From assembly GCA_963667785.2 (NCBI GenBank), contig CAXXMU010000006.1, positions 192,001 to 256,000 of the forward strand: a stretch of DNA of 64,000 nucleotides. The letters are read 5' to 3'. A model generated the notes under the pieces. That model was given only the letters and a program-made list of their open reading frames with translations, had not been told where the DNA came from and did not search any database. How positions within the stretch are numbered: position 1 is the stretch's first letter; the number at the start of each line of letters is the position of its first letter. The position numbers and the translations under genes were made by a program. Source of the DNA: Alphaproteobacteria bacterium (GTDB lineage Bacteria; Pseudomonadota; Alphaproteobacteria; UBA828). Below are positions 25,670 to 37,287 of this stretch, piece after piece.

Positions 25670-26916
25670 CGCCGCTCGATCGCGAAGAGGCGGGCGGTGA
25701 CGACGAGGCCGATCGCCGGGCAGATCAGCATGCACCACCAGGCGGCCTCCCAGCTTCCGAGGCCGCCGACCACCACGGCCATCAGCGGCGGCCCGAGCAG
25801 CATGCCGATCGCCGCCCCCTGCGCCATGAAGCCGTTGGCCATCGTCACGAGATCGGGCTTGGGCGCATGCACGGCCGCGCCGGCGTAGGCGGCTGCAGGC
25901 AGGATGCCGCTGCCGGCGCTGAAGACGATCGCGAGCGGGATCTTCGCGCCGTCGGGCACGAAGCCCGCGAGGATCAGCACGCCGGTGACGGCCATGATGA
26001 CGTTCGCCGACCCCACCAGAGCGAAGCGCGGCACCCCTCGGTGCATCAGCCAGCCGCCGATCAGGTTGCCGAGGACGTTCACCCCCACCACCAGCGCCGA
26101 GAAGAGCGCGGCGCCGATGAGCCCACGGCCCTGGGTCTCGGTCAGGAAGGTCGGCAGCCACGCGGCCACCGCAAACCATTGAATCGTGAAGAGCAGGAAG
26201 GCACCGCCGTAAAGCCAGAGCGCGCCGACCGGCAGCGTCGCCCGCGCGCCGGCCCAGTCGAAGCGCGCGTCCGCGTCCCGGCGCGGCTGCTCGGGCCAGC
26301 GCCGCCGCGTGGTGCCGACCACCGCGAGCACCGTCGCGATCAGCGCCGCGCCGGCCATGAGCCACCAGAGAGCGCGCCAGCCCAGCGGTTCGGCGATGAA
26401 GGGCGCCACGATCATGGCGAGCGCCATCCCGCCCGGCATGTAGCCGCTCCAGATGCCGAGCGTGAGGTTCCGGTCCTCGGGCCGCGAGGCGTCGACCGTG
26501 ATCTTGGGCGCGGAGGCCACGATGGCCGCGAAGCTGATCCCCTCGAAGACGCGGACCGCAAGCAGCATGGTGGCGCCGGTCGCGAGCGCGCCGGCGATAC
26601 CGCTCAGGACGAGAACGAGAACGCCCGTCAGCAGGAGGGCGCGGGCGCCGATGCGCCCGCCGGTCATCCCCGTCAGCACGCCGAAGCCCGCGCCATAGGC
26701 GAAGAAGATCGAGGCGAGCCAGCCGGCGGTGATCTTGTCGAGTCCGAACTCGTCGGACACCAGCCCGATGGTCGGCGGCACCTTGCCGACCGCGTAGCCC
26801 ACGATGACGCTCACGAAGATCGCGACGACGACGACGCTCCAGCGGGTGCGCACCGCCGTGGCGGCCGCTTCGTTCTCAGGCGTCCCGTTCGCCCTGGCTT
26901 CGTCCACGCGGGCCAT
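25666..26916 (-). CDS. MFS transporter (CynX/NimT-like)
   Basis: About 12 TM segments, GRIGAR motif A variant, RVFEG, WLPTFL. Confidence 0.88.
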   Translation of the reverse strand: MARVDEARANGTPENEAAATAVRTRWSVVVVAIFVSVIVGYAVGKVPPTIGLVSDEFGLDKITAGWLASIFFAYGAGFGVLTGMTGGRIGARALLLTGVLVLVLSGIAGALATGATMLLAVRVFEGISFAAIVASAPKITVDASRPEDRNLTLGIWSGYMPGGMALAMIVAPFIAEPLGWRALWWLMAGAALIATVLAVVGTTRRRWPEQPRRDADARFDWAGARATLPVGALWLYGGAFLLFTIQWFAVAAWLPTFLTETQGRGLIGAALFSALVVGVNVLGNLIGGWLMHRGVPRFALVGSANVIMAVTGVLILAGFVPDGAKIPLAIVFSAGSGILPAAAYAGAAVHAPKPDLVTMANGFMAQGAAIGMLLGPPLMAVVVGGLGSWEAAWWCMLICPAIGLVVTARLFAIERR

Positions 26917-26929
26917 GCGGCTCAGGGGG

Positions 26930-27325
26930 CTAACGCCAGGGCCCGCAGGCAGACAGCGCCTGGGTGTCCTCGTAGGCGTCCCAGACGGCGATCCCGCCGT
27001 CCCGCACGGTGAAGACCCAGCACCACTTCGCGCGGTAGTGCTTGCCGCTGAGCTTCGACGAGCCCGCCTCCTCGCCGTTGACGGAAACGGTGTCGCCGTC
27101 GACGACCCAGGTCTTGATGACGTGCTCGTGCATGGCGAGCGCCGCCGGCATGACGCGGAAGTAGTCCTCGATCGCGGCCCGGCCTTGCCAGCGGCCCGCC
27201 CAGGGCAGGTCGTCGCCGCCCGGCATATCGATCACCGCGTCGTCGGTGAACATGGCCACGATGGTGGCGGCGTCCCCGCCGGCGAGCTGGTCGAGGAAGC
27301 CTCTCACGACGTCTCTCGCGGACAT
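26930..27325 (-). CDS. SnoaL/NTF2-like protein
   Basis: DAVIDMPG..LPWAGRWQGR, VFTVRDGGI...YEDT. Confidence 0.82.
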   Translation of the reverse strand: MSARDVVRGFLDQLAGGDAATIVAMFTDDAVIDMPGGDDLPWAGRWQGRAAIEDYFRVMPAALAMHEHVIKTWVVDGDTVSVNGEEAGSSKLSGKHYRAKWCWVFTVRDGGIAVWDAYEDTQALSACGPWR

Positions 27326-27541
27326 GGCCGTCGCTCCCAGAACAGAGGCGCAGCGGCGCGCGGCCGCTGCCTCTCACGGTCATAGCACCTCGGGAGGGCG
27401 ATGGCGATGCGCCGCGCGCGCCGAAACGACTGGACGGCGCGCGGAAATGCTGGCTTGCTTCGCTCCGGCCTGCCTCGCGCCCCTCGCGGGGCGGGAGCCC
27501 GGCCAAGGCGGCTCTCACGTTGGACGAGAAGGACGGAACCC

Positions 27542-28873
27542 GTGGCCCTCAGCGACGCACGCGGCGTGCAGACATCGGCGACCGAGCCCGGCAGCCTGGC
27601 TCTCCTCGAGACGGCGATGCGCCAGTTCCAGTGCTATCGCGGCGATGCCGTCGAGACCATCGACCGGGCGCTGGCGGAAGACCCGGACTTCGTGACCGGG
27701 CACATCTTCCGCACCGCGATGCACGCCATGCTCTGGGAGAGGAGCGTGCTGCCGGAGGTCGAGGCGGGCCTCGGCCGGCTCCGCGCGCTGGAGAGCACCG
27801 CCACCGAGCGTGAGCGGGCCCATGTCGCGGCGCTCGCGGACTGGGCCGCCGGCGACTGGGACGGCATGCGGGCACGGCTGGACCGGATTCTCGCCGACGA
27901 GCCGCGCGACGCCCTGGCGCTGCAGGCCGGCCACCTCGGCGACTTCTTCCTCGGCGACCGCGACAATCTGCGCGGCCGTATCGCCCGCGCGCTGCCGGCC
28001 TGGAGCCGGGACGACCCCGGCTACGGCTTCGTGCTCGGCATGGCGGCCTTCGGGCTGGAGGAGTGCGGCGACTACGGCGCCGCGGAGGACGCCGGCCGGC
28101 AGGCGCTCGCGCTGGAGCCGGACGACTGCTGGGCCCAGCACGCGCTCTGCCACGTGATGGAGATGCAGGCCCGGCAGGAGGAAGGCATCGCCTTCATGGA
28201 AGGCCGCCGGGATCACTGGGCGCAGGAGGACAACGGCTTCGCCTTCCACAACTGGTGGCACGTCGCCCTCTTCAACCTCGACAACGACCGCTACGACCGC
28301 GTGCTGGAGATCCACGACACGGCGCTCCGGCCCGAGCCCTCGAAGATCCAGCTCGAGATGCTCGACGCCGCGGCGCTGCTCTGGCGCCTCCGCTTGCGCG
28401 GGATCGACACGGGCGACCGCTTCGAGCGCCTGGCCGCGACCTACGAGGCGTCGCCGGCGGAGCACGGCTTCTACGCCTTCAACGACATGCACGCGATGAT
28501 GGCCTACGTGGCGACCGGACGGGATCGCGCCGCCGCCCTGCTCGAGAAGGCGGCGCTGGCTGCGGCGGAGGGGGCGGGCACCAACGCCCGCATGACCCGC
28601 GAGGTGGGGCTCCCCATCCTGCGCGCGCTCCGTGCCTTCGGCGCCGGGCGCCACGGCGAGGCGGTGGACCTGCTGATGCCGGTGCGCTACCGGGCGCATG
28701 CCTTCGGCGGCAGCCACGCCCAGCGCGACATCGTCCACCGCACGCTGATCGAGGCTGCGATGCGCGACGGCCAGCGCGGCCTCTCGCAGGCGCTGGCGAA
28801 CGAGCGCATCGCGCTGAAGCCGGACTGCCCCTTCAGCCGCTCGCTCGGGGAACGCGCCGGAGCGCCGGCCTGA
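27542..28873 (+). CDS. TTC38-like tetratricopeptide repeat protein
   Basis: GTG 27542 after AGGA; GMAAFGLEE, DCWAQHA..HV.EM, HNWWH.AL, FNDMHA, GGSHAQRD. Confidence 0.88.
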   Translation: MALSDARGVQTSATEPGSLALLETAMRQFQCYRGDAVETIDRALAEDPDFVTGHIFRTAMHAMLWERSVLPEVEAGLGRLRALESTATERERAHVAALADWAAGDWDGMRARLDRILADEPRDALALQAGHLGDFFLGDRDNLRGRIARALPAWSRDDPGYGFVLGMAAFGLEECGDYGAAEDAGRQALALEPDDCWAQHALCHVMEMQARQEEGIAFMEGRRDHWAQEDNGFAFHNWWHVALFNLDNDRYDRVLEIHDTALRPEPSKIQLEMLDAAALLWRLRLRGIDTGDRFERLAATYEASPAEHGFYAFNDMHAMMAYVATGRDRAAALLEKAALAAAEGAGTNARMTREVGLPILRALRAFGAGRHGEAVDLLMPVRYRAHAFGGSHAQRDIVHRTLIEAAMRDGQRGLSQALANERIALKPDCPFSRSLGERAGAPA

Positions 28874-28901
28874 CCGACACGCGGCGCCCGCGGCGGGCGG
28901 G

Positions 28902-29627
28902 TCAGCGCGCCTCGCCGCCCCGCGAATGGGTGAAGCGCCAGGCGTAGGCGCCGAGCGCCATGCCGACGAGGGGGCCGGCGACGTAGATCCAGTAGTGGCC
29001 GAAGTCGCCCATCGCGACATAGGGGCCGAGCGCCCGCGCCGGGTTCATGGCGGCGCCCGCGACCGGGCCCATCAGCATCACCTCGATGCCCACCACCGCG
29101 CCCACCGCGACGCCCGCGAGGGCGCCGTGCGCCCGCTTGTCGAGGCCGACGCCCGCCACCACCCACATGAGCAGGAAGGAGAGGAAGAGCTCGATGGCGA
29201 ACGCCGTCACGGGCGCGATGCCGATCGCCTCGTTGGGGAGGTTGGCGCCCATCGCGCCGTGATCGCCGAGCGCCCAGAGCAGGCACATCCCCGCCAGCAC
29301 CGAGCCGGCGAGCTGGGCCAGCGCGTAGCCGGGCACCAGCCGCCACGGGAGATGGCCGATCAGCGCAGCCGCGAGCGAGAGCGCCGGATTGACGTGGGCA
29401 CCCGAGACGTGGCCGAAGGTGTAGATGACGACGGTGATGACGAGGCCGGAGATCAGGCCGGGGCCGATGGCGCCGAGCGTGCCGCCCATCTTCGCGTCCA
29501 CCATCACTGCGCCGGCGGCGAAGAAGACGAGCGAGAAGGTGCCGATGAACTCGCACGCATAGCGGCGTAGCTCGTCGGATCGCATGCCCGGCGGCAGGCG
29601 CAGCCGTCGCGTGTCCTCTCCCGTCAT
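28902..29627 (-). CDS. MIP-family channel (aquaporin, NIP/AqpN-like)
   Basis: EFIGTF, SGAHVNPA, AMNPARALGP, WIYVAGP; start may be 29585. Confidence 0.93.
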   Translation of the reverse strand: MTGEDTRRLRLPPGMRSDELRRYACEFIGTFSLVFFAAGAVMVDAKMGGTLGAIGPGLISGLVITVVIYTFGHVSGAHVNPALSLAAALIGHLPWRLVPGYALAQLAGSVLAGMCLLWALGDHGAMGANLPNEAIGIAPVTAFAIELFLSFLLMWVVAGVGLDKRAHGALAGVAVGAVVGIEVMLMGPVAGAAMNPARALGPYVAMGDFGHYWIYVAGPLVGMALGAYAWRFTHSRGGEAR

Positions 29628-29776
29628 CGGCCCAGGATACCCCGAGCGGCGCCTCGCCGCCCGTGCCGGAGACGCCGTCTCCGCCGCGCCGCCCGCATCG
29701 TACCGGGGTTCCGTTGCCGCCGGGCGCCCCCTGCCCTACCCTGCGCCACCCCGGCAGGCAGACGCGGAGCCTGAGC

Positions 29777-30229
29777 ATGGAACGGCAGTGCGAGCAGGAA
29801 GTGCGGAGCTTCCACGCCTTCCTGCGGGACTGGCTCGCGGGCGCGGTGCCGCGCACGGCAGAGACCTTCGCCCGCTTTCCCGGCGCGATGGACGCGGGCG
29901 TCGAGGTGGTGAGCCCGCTCGGCACCGTGACCGGACGCGACGCGCTGGTGGCGGAATTCGAGGCGCTGCACGGGCAACTCGCCGGCGATGCCGAGGCCTT
30001 CGACATCTGGATCGAGAACTTTCGCTGCCGCTGGCTTCTGGGCGACCACGCGGTGGTCGTCTACGAGGAATGGCACCGGCGCCGCGGCGCGACCTCCGCC
30101 CGGCTCTCGACCGCCCTCTTCCGCCGCGACGAGGCGGCGCCGAGCGGCGTCCGCTGGCTCCACGTTCACGAGACCTGGCTGCCGGGCCTGGCGCCGGAAG
30201 GCGGCGAGCGCTTCCCGGAGACCGCCTGA
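29777..30229 (+). CDS. NTF2-fold (DUF4440-like) protein
   Basis: FHAFLRDWLAG, IWIEN, YEEW, RLST, VRWLHVHETW. Confidence 0.72.
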   Translation: MERQCEQEVRSFHAFLRDWLAGAVPRTAETFARFPGAMDAGVEVVSPLGTVTGRDALVAEFEALHGQLAGDAEAFDIWIENFRCRWLLGDHAVVVYEEWHRRRGATSARLSTALFRRDEAAPSGVRWLHVHETWLPGLAPEGGERFPETA

Positions 30230-30253
30230 CCGCGCCCCGGATCGCGCCGCCCC

Positions 30254-31375
30254 GTGCACGCGCCGACCGCCATCGAGACCCCGACCCCGGCCGCTGCGGC
30301 AGGCCATCAGGCGATCCATACCCGCGAGCGCCAGTTCACCCGCATCTTCACCACCATGTACGGCCAGAAACAGCGCGCGCGCTCGCGGCTGCCGGTCAAG
30401 ACCCGGGCGGTGCGGATACACGCGCCCGGCGGCCCGGAGGCGCTGAGCGTCGACGACATACGGGTGCCGGACCCCGGCGCCACCGAGGCGCGGGTGTCGC
30501 AGCGGGCCATCGGCCTCAACTTCCTCGACATCCACCAGCGCAACGGCGGCTATCCGTCGCCGGGGCTGCCGTGGGTCGTCGGCTTCGAGGGCGCGGGCGT
30601 GGTGGAGGCGGTGGGCGGCGCGGTGCGGGGGCTCAGAGAGGGCGACCGCGTCGCCTATGCATGCGCACCGCCCGGCGCCTATGCGGGGCTTCGCACCATC
30701 GCGGCGGACGCGCTGGTCGCGCTGCCCGATTCCATCGGCTTCGAGCAGGCCGCCGCCGCCATGCTGAAGGGCATGACGGCCGAGTACCTGGTGCACAGGA
30801 GCTACGCCGTGCAGCCGGGGGACGGCGTCCTGGTCCAGGCGGCTGCCGGCGGCACCGGCCTCCTGCTCTGCCAGTGGCTCGCTCATCGCGGCGCCACCGT
30901 CATCGGCTGCGTCGGCGACGACGGCAAGCGCGCGCTAGCGGAGAGCCACGGCTGCCGCCACGTGATCAACTACCGGCGCGAGGATATCGTCCCGCGCGTC
31001 GCAGATCTTGCCGGCGGAGACGGCCTCGCCGCGGTCTACGACTCCGTAGGCCGCGATACCGCCGAGGCCTCCGTCGTCTGCCTTCGCCCCGGCGGCACGC
31101 TCGTCCTCTTTGGCGGCTCGTCGGGCGCGGCTCCCACCCCTGCCCTCGCCGCGGCGGCGGCGAAGTCCGTCACGGTGGTGCGCCCCGGCCTCTTCGAGGA
31201 GAACGCCACGCCGGCGGCGCTCCAGGCCAGGGCGCAGGCCCTCTTCGCGGTGCTGGAGAGCGGCGCGGTCCGCGTCCACGTCGGCGCGTGCCATGCGCTA
31301 ACGGACGCGGCGGACGCGCACCGAGCCATCGAGGCCCGGCGCACGGCCGGCCAGAGCGTGCTGATCCCGGAATAG
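30254..31375 (+). CDS. qor: NADPH:quinone oxidoreductase (MDR/zeta-crystallin); start uncertain
   Basis: GGPEAL, AIGLNFLD, GFEGAG, LKGMTAEYL, AAAGGTG, YDSVG. Confidence 0.85.
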   Translation: MHAPTAIETPTPAAAAGHQAIHTRERQFTRIFTTMYGQKQRARSRLPVKTRAVRIHAPGGPEALSVDDIRVPDPGATEARVSQRAIGLNFLDIHQRNGGYPSPGLPWVVGFEGAGVVEAVGGAVRGLREGDRVAYACAPPGAYAGLRTIAADALVALPDSIGFEQAAAAMLKGMTAEYLVHRSYAVQPGDGVLVQAAAGGTGLLLCQWLAHRGATVIGCVGDDGKRALAESHGCRHVINYRREDIVPRVADLAGGDGLAAVYDSVGRDTAEASVVCLRPGGTLVLFGGSSGAAPTPALAAAAAKSVTVVRPGLFEENATPAALQARAQALFAVLESGAVRVHVGACHALTDAADAHRAIEARRTAGQSVLIPE

Positions 31376-31385
31376 GGCCGCGCGC

Positions 31386-34040
31386 TCAGGCGGCGTCGGC
31401 GAGCGCCTTCTCGATCGCCCGGAGTGCCTCGTCGAGACGCTCGCCGTCCGGGCCGCCGGCCTGCGCCATGTCGGCCCGGCCGCCCCCGCCCTTGCCGCCG
31501 ACCGCGGCGGCGCCGGCACGGGCGAGATCGACGGCGCTCACCCGGGCGGTGAGGTCCTCGGTGACGCCGACCGTGAGCGCGGCCTTGCCGTCGGTGCGGC
31601 TGACCACGGCATAGACGCCAGACCCCATCTGCTGCTTCAGGTCGTCGACCATGGCGCGCAGCTCCTTGGGCCGGGCGCCGTCAAGCGCGCGGCCGACGAA
31701 GGCCATGCCGGCGATCTCGCGGGCCTCCACGGCGGGGCCGCTGCCGGCGGTGGCGAGCGCCCGGCGGGTCTCTGCGAGGGTGCGCTCGAGCTTGCGGTGG
31801 TCGTCCACCAGCGCGCCGATGCGGCCCGCAAGCTCGGCCGGCGGCGCCTTGAGCACCGCCGCGGCCTCCCTGAGGGCCGCTTCGAGCCCCGTGCCGTGGC
31901 GGCGCGCCGCCTCGCCCGTCAGCGCCTCGATGCGGCGGATGCCGGCGGCGCTGGCGCTCTCGCCCACGATGCGGAAGAGCCCGATGTCGCCGGTGCGCTC
32001 CACGTGGGTGCCGCCGCAGAGCTCGACCGAGTAGGGCGCGTCGTCGCCGTCTTCGTCGTCGCCCATGGAGACGACGCGCACCTCGTCCCCGTACTTCTCG
32101 CCGAAGAGCGCGAGCGCGCCGGCCTCAACGGCCTCGTCGGGACCCATCAGGCGGGTGACCAGCGGGGTGTTCTGGCGGATCAGCCGGTTGACCTCCGCCT
32201 CGATCGCATCGAGGTCCTCCGCCGGGATCGCGCCGGGGTGGCTGATGTCGAAGCGGAGCCGGTCGGGCGCGACCAGCGAGCCCTTCTGGGTGACGTGATC
32301 GCCGAGGGCGCGGCGGAGTGCCGCGTGCAGCAGGTGGGTGGCCGAGTGGTTGGCGCGGAGCATGGTGCGCCGCGCGCCGTCGACGCTGAGCAGGACGGGA
32401 TCGCCCGGCGCCAGCGCGCCTTCCTCCACCACCGCGTGGTGGACGTGGAGGCCGTCGGCCTCGCGCCGCGTGTCGGTGACGCGCAGCCGGGCGCCCGTGG
32501 CGGCGGCAACGGTGCCGGTGTCGCCCACCTGGCCACCGGCCTCGGCGTAGAAGGGGGTCTGGTTGACCACCAGCGCCACCGTGTCGCCGGCCTCGGCACG
32601 CTCGGCCTCCGCGCCGCCCAGCACCAGCGCCTGGACCTCGGCCTCGGCGCTCTCCGTGCCGTAGCCGAGGAACTCGGTGGCGCCCACGCGCTCGCGAATG
32701 CCGAACCAGACCGTGTCGCTCGCCGCCTCGCCGGAACCCGCCCAGGCGCGGCGCGCGGCCTCGCGCTGGCGTTCCATGCAGGCCTCGAAGCCCGCGCGCT
32801 CGACCGCGCGGCCTTGCGCGCGGAGCGCGTCCTCGGTCAGATCGAGGGGGAAGCCGTAGGTGTCGTAGAGGCGGAACGCGGTCTCGCCCGCCAGCGGCGC
32901 GCCGGGGGCGAGGCCGGTGGTCGCCTCGTCGAGCAGGCGGAGGCCCCGCGCGAGCGTCTCCTTGAAGCGGGTCTCCTCCAGCCGGAGCGTCTCGGTGATG
33001 AGCGGCTCGGCGCGGACGAGCTCGCCGAAGGCCTGGCCCATCTCGCGCACCAGCGCCGGCACCAGGCGCCACATCAGCGGCTCGGCGCAGCCCATGAGGT
33101 GGGCATGGCGCATGGCGCGCCGCATGATCCGCCTCAGCACGTAGCCGCGCCCCTCGTTGGACGGCATCACGCCGTCGGCGATGAGGAAGGCGCTCGCCCG
33201 CAGGTGATCGGCGACCACCCGATGGGAGGCGCGATGCGGGCCGTCCGCGGCCGCGCCGCTGAGCTCGACGCTGGCCGCGATCAGGTTGCGGAAGAGGTCG
33301 GTCTCGTAGTTGTCGTGGGTGCCCTGCATGATCGCGGCGATGCGCTCCAGCCCCATGCCGGTGTCGATCGAGGGGCGCGGCAGGTCGATCCGCTCGTCCG
33401 GCGTGACCTGCTCGAACTGCATGAACACCAGGTTCCAGATCTCGACGAAGCGGTCGCCGTCCTGATCGGCGCTCCCCGGCGGCCCGCCGGCTATGTGCGG
33501 GCCGTGGTCGTAGAAGATCTCCGAGCAGGGGCCGCAGGGGCCGGTCTCGCCCATGGCCCAGAAATTGTCCGAGGTCGGAATCCGCAGGACACGCTCCTCG
33601 GGCAGGCCCGCGATCCGGCGCCAGAGCCCGTGCGCCTCGTCGTCCTCGGCGAAGACCGTGACCAGCAGGCGGTCTTCCGGCAGGCCGTAGTCCTGCGTGA
33701 CCAGCCGCCAGGCGAGTTCGATCGCGCGCTCCTTGAAGTAGTCGCCGAAGGAGAAGTTGCCGAGCATCTCGAAGAAGGTGTGGTGGCGCGCGGTGTAGCC
33801 GACATTGTCGAGGTCGTTGTGCTTGCCGCCCGCGCGCACGCACTTCTGCGAGGTGGCGGCGCGCTGGTAGGGCCTCGCCTCGGCGCCGGTGAAGACGTTC
33901 TTGAACTGCACCATGCCGGCGTTGGTGAACATCAGCGTCGGGTCGTTGCGCGGCACGAGCGGGCTCGAGGCCACGACCTCGTGGCCGTTGGCGGCGAAAT
34001 AGTCCAGGAACTGCGCGCGGATTTCGCTGACGCTCGGCAT
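31386..34040 (-). CDS. alaS: Alanine--tRNA ligase
   Basis: [49 protein letters not shown]. Confidence 0.99.
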   Translation of the reverse strand: MPSVSEIRAQFLDYFAANGHEVVASSPLVPRNDPTLMFTNAGMVQFKNVFTGAEARPYQRAATSQKCVRAGGKHNDLDNVGYTARHHTFFEMLGNFSFGDYFKERAIELAWRLVTQDYGLPEDRLLVTVFAEDDEAHGLWRRIAGLPEERVLRIPTSDNFWAMGETGPCGPCSEIFYDHGPHIAGGPPGSADQDGDRFVEIWNLVFMQFEQVTPDERIDLPRPSIDTGMGLERIAAIMQGTHDNYETDLFRNLIAASVELSGAAADGPHRASHRVVADHLRASAFLIADGVMPSNEGRGYVLRRIMRRAMRHAHLMGCAEPLMWRLVPALVREMGQAFGELVRAEPLITETLRLEETRFKETLARGLRLLDEATTGLAPGAPLAGETAFRLYDTYGFPLDLTEDALRAQGRAVERAGFEACMERQREAARRAWAGSGEAASDTVWFGIRERVGATEFLGYGTESAEAEVQALVLGGAEAERAEAGDTVALVVNQTPFYAEAGGQVGDTGTVAAATGARLRVTDTRREADGLHVHHAVVEEGALAPGDPVLLSVDGARRTMLRANHSATHLLHAALRRALGDHVTQKGSLVAPDRLRFDISHPGAIPAEDLDAIEAEVNRLIRQNTPLVTRLMGPDEAVEAGALALFGEKYGDEVRVVSMGDDEDGDDAPYSVELCGGTHVERTGDIGLFRIVGESASAAGIRRIEALTGEAARRHGTGLEAALREAAAVLKAPPAELAGRIGALVDDHRKLERTLAETRRALATAGSGPAVEAREIAGMAFVGRALDGARPKELRAMVDDLKQQMGSGVYAVVSRTDGKAALTVGVTEDLTARVSAVDLARAGAAAVGGKGGGGRADMAQAGGPDGERLDEALRAIEKALADAA

Positions 34041-34156
34041 GACAGGCCCCGCATGGCCCGCCGGGCGGGAGCCCGCCCGGCGCTGGGATGCGTGCTACTT
34101 AGTGCGGCTTGGGCCGGCTGTCCAGATGGGCTCGCCCGGGACGCGCGCGCCCGGCC

Positions 34157-35239
<1,083 letters not shown>

Positions 35240-35299
35240 GACCGCCTCCTTATTTCATACGGGCCGGCCCGATGCAACGCGAGCCGCCACGAGAGCAAT

Positions 35300-35314
35300 G
35301 TACATGTTTTGTTC
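35300..35314 (-). promoter_or_regulatory. LexA (SOS) box, alphaproteobacterial type
   Basis: GAAC-AAAACAT-GTAC (GAAC-N7-GTAC) about 60 bp upstream of recA. Confidence 0.85.
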
Positions 35315-35570
35315 TCATCGCGCAATCCCTAATTTCGGCACCGCATCGTGTTGATGAGTCTTTGCTCATCCCTCAGGCGCCGGGCGCTCGCTCCACTCGC
35401 TTGGCTACGCGCTTCCGGCGCATCGTGCGCCTGCGCACGTGGACGTGCGACGCGCGGTCGCGCCGTCCGGGCCTAGCGGCCCGGCTCCATATCCCCCAGG
35501 CGCTAGGCACTCGCATCCGGTCGCGGCCCGCGCCCGGGCGCGCTATGATGGGCGCCGCGTCCCGCCGACC

Positions 35571-35647
35571 GGGCCCGTAGTTCAACTGGTTAGAACTCGC
35601 CGCTCATAACGGCGTTGTTGCAGGTTCGAGTCCTGCCGGGCCCACCA
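35571..35647 (+). tRNA. tRNA-Ile2 (CAU anticodon, lysidine-modified)
   Basis: GGGCCCG acceptor stem, CGCCG-CTCATAA-CGGCG anticodon arm, GGTTCGAGTCC T arm, ACCA end; acceptor stem fits Ile2 rather than Met or fMet. Confidence 0.92.
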
Positions 35648-35823
35648 ACTCCCGTCATCCGGTGCAAATCGCCGCGAAACCGTTTATGCACCTCGCCTGA
35701 CGCGAGCGGACGGGAACCGGGCCGCAGGCCCGGACGGCGCGGCAGCGTCGCGCGCCGCCAGGCGCGTAGGCAAGCGAGCGGAGCGAGCGCCCGCCGTTGA
35801 GGGAAAGAACAAGAGGACGGACA

Positions 35824-37191
35824 ATGGCGGACTACGACCTGCTGGTGATCGGCGGCGGCTCGGGCGGCGTGGCCTGCGCCAGGCGCGCGGCGGGCTACGG
35901 CGCCCGCGCTGCCGTGATCGAGAACGACCGGCTCGGCGGCACCTGCGTGCATCGCGGCTGCATCCCCAAGAAGCTGCTCGTCTACGCCTCCCACTTCAGC
36001 CACGACTTCGAGGACGCGGCGGGCTACGGCTGGACGGTCGGCGCCACGGCCTTCGACTGGCCGGCGATGGTGCGCGCCAAGGTGGCCGAGCTCGACCGGC
36101 TGGAGGGGATCTACCGGCGGCTCCTGAAGGACGCCGGCGCGACCCATATCGCCGGGACCGGGCGGCTGCTCGATGCCCATACCGTCCAGGTGGGCGACGA
36201 GCGGCACAGCGCCGAGACCATCGTGATCGCCACCGGCGGCCGACCGACCATGCCGGACATTCCCGGCATCGAGCTCGCCGTGAGCTCGGATGCGATGTTC
36301 GACCTGCCGGCGCTGCCGGCCCGCGTGGTGATCGTGGGCGGCGGCTACATCGCCTGCGAGTTCGCCTGCATCATGCAGGGCCTGGGCTCCCGCGTGACCC
36401 AGCTCTACCGCGGCGAGCTCCTCCTGCGCGGCTTCGACCGCGACCTCCGCCAGGTGCTCTGCGAGGAGATGCGGAAGGGTGGGGTCGACCTCAGGCTCGA
36501 GACCAACGCGGTCTCGCTCGCCGAGGCGGGCGGCGCCATCGCGGTCACGACCACGGCCGGCGAGACGATCGAGGCGGACGTGGTGCTCTTCGCCACCGGG
36601 CGGCGGCCCAACGTCGCCGGCCTCGGGCTCGAGAACGCCGGCGTGGAGACCGGCGAGAACGGCGCCATCCGCGTCGATGCGGCCTCCCGTACCGGGGCGG
36701 CCAACATCTACGCCGTGGGCGACGTGACCGACCGCATCAACCTGACGCCGGTGGCGATCCACGAGGGCCGCTGCATCGCCGAGACCCTCTACAACGACAA
36801 CCCGCAAGAGCCGGACCACAGGGACGTGGCGACCGCCGTCTTCACCACGCCTGAGCTCGGCACGGTCGGGCTGACCGAGGAGGAGGCGCGGGGGACCATC
36901 GCCGCCGTGGACATCTACAGGACCCGCTTCCGCCCGCTGAAGCACACGCTCTCCGGGCGGGACGAGACCGTCTTCATGAAGCTCGTCGCGGACCGCGCGA
37001 CGGGCCGGGTGGTGGGCTGCCACATGGTCGGCGACGGCGCGGGCGAGGCGGTGCAGCTCTTGGGGATAGCGGTGAAGGCGGGCGCGACCAAGGCGCAGTT
37101 CGACGCGACCATGGCGGTGCACCCGACTGCGGCGGAGGAGTTCGTCACCCTCTACGAGCCTGTGCCCGAGGCCGCCGCCCCGGCCGCCTAG
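35824..37191 (+). CDS. gor: Glutathione-disulfide reductase
   Basis: GGGSGG, GGTCVHRGCIPKK, GGGYIA.E, LTPVAI.EG, HPTAAEE. Confidence 0.96.
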   Translation: MADYDLLVIGGGSGGVACARRAAGYGARAAVIENDRLGGTCVHRGCIPKKLLVYASHFSHDFEDAAGYGWTVGATAFDWPAMVRAKVAELDRLEGIYRRLLKDAGATHIAGTGRLLDAHTVQVGDERHSAETIVIATGGRPTMPDIPGIELAVSSDAMFDLPALPARVVIVGGGYIACEFACIMQGLGSRVTQLYRGELLLRGFDRDLRQVLCEEMRKGGVDLRLETNAVSLAEAGGAIAVTTTAGETIEADVVLFATGRRPNVAGLGLENAGVETGENGAIRVDAASRTGAANIYAVGDVTDRINLTPVAIHEGRCIAETLYNDNPQEPDHRDVATAVFTTPELGTVGLTEEEARGTIAAVDIYRTRFRPLKHTLSGRDETVFMKLVADRATGRVVGCHMVGDGAGEAVQLLGIAVKAGATKAQFDATMAVHPTAAEEFVTLYEPVPEAAAPAA

Positions 37192-37287
37192 CTGCGGGCG
37201 CCTCTCCGGCTCAGGAAAATGCTGGAACGACCGGCGGTTCGGGCGTATAGCTCTGCCCCAACGAAAAGATTTCCGCGGGAGTACCCT

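Noticed and set aside
35571-35647. tRNA-Met call, and tRNA as an integration site
   Set aside because: Acceptor stem fits Ile2; no duplicated 3' end or integrase was noticed and gor follows directly
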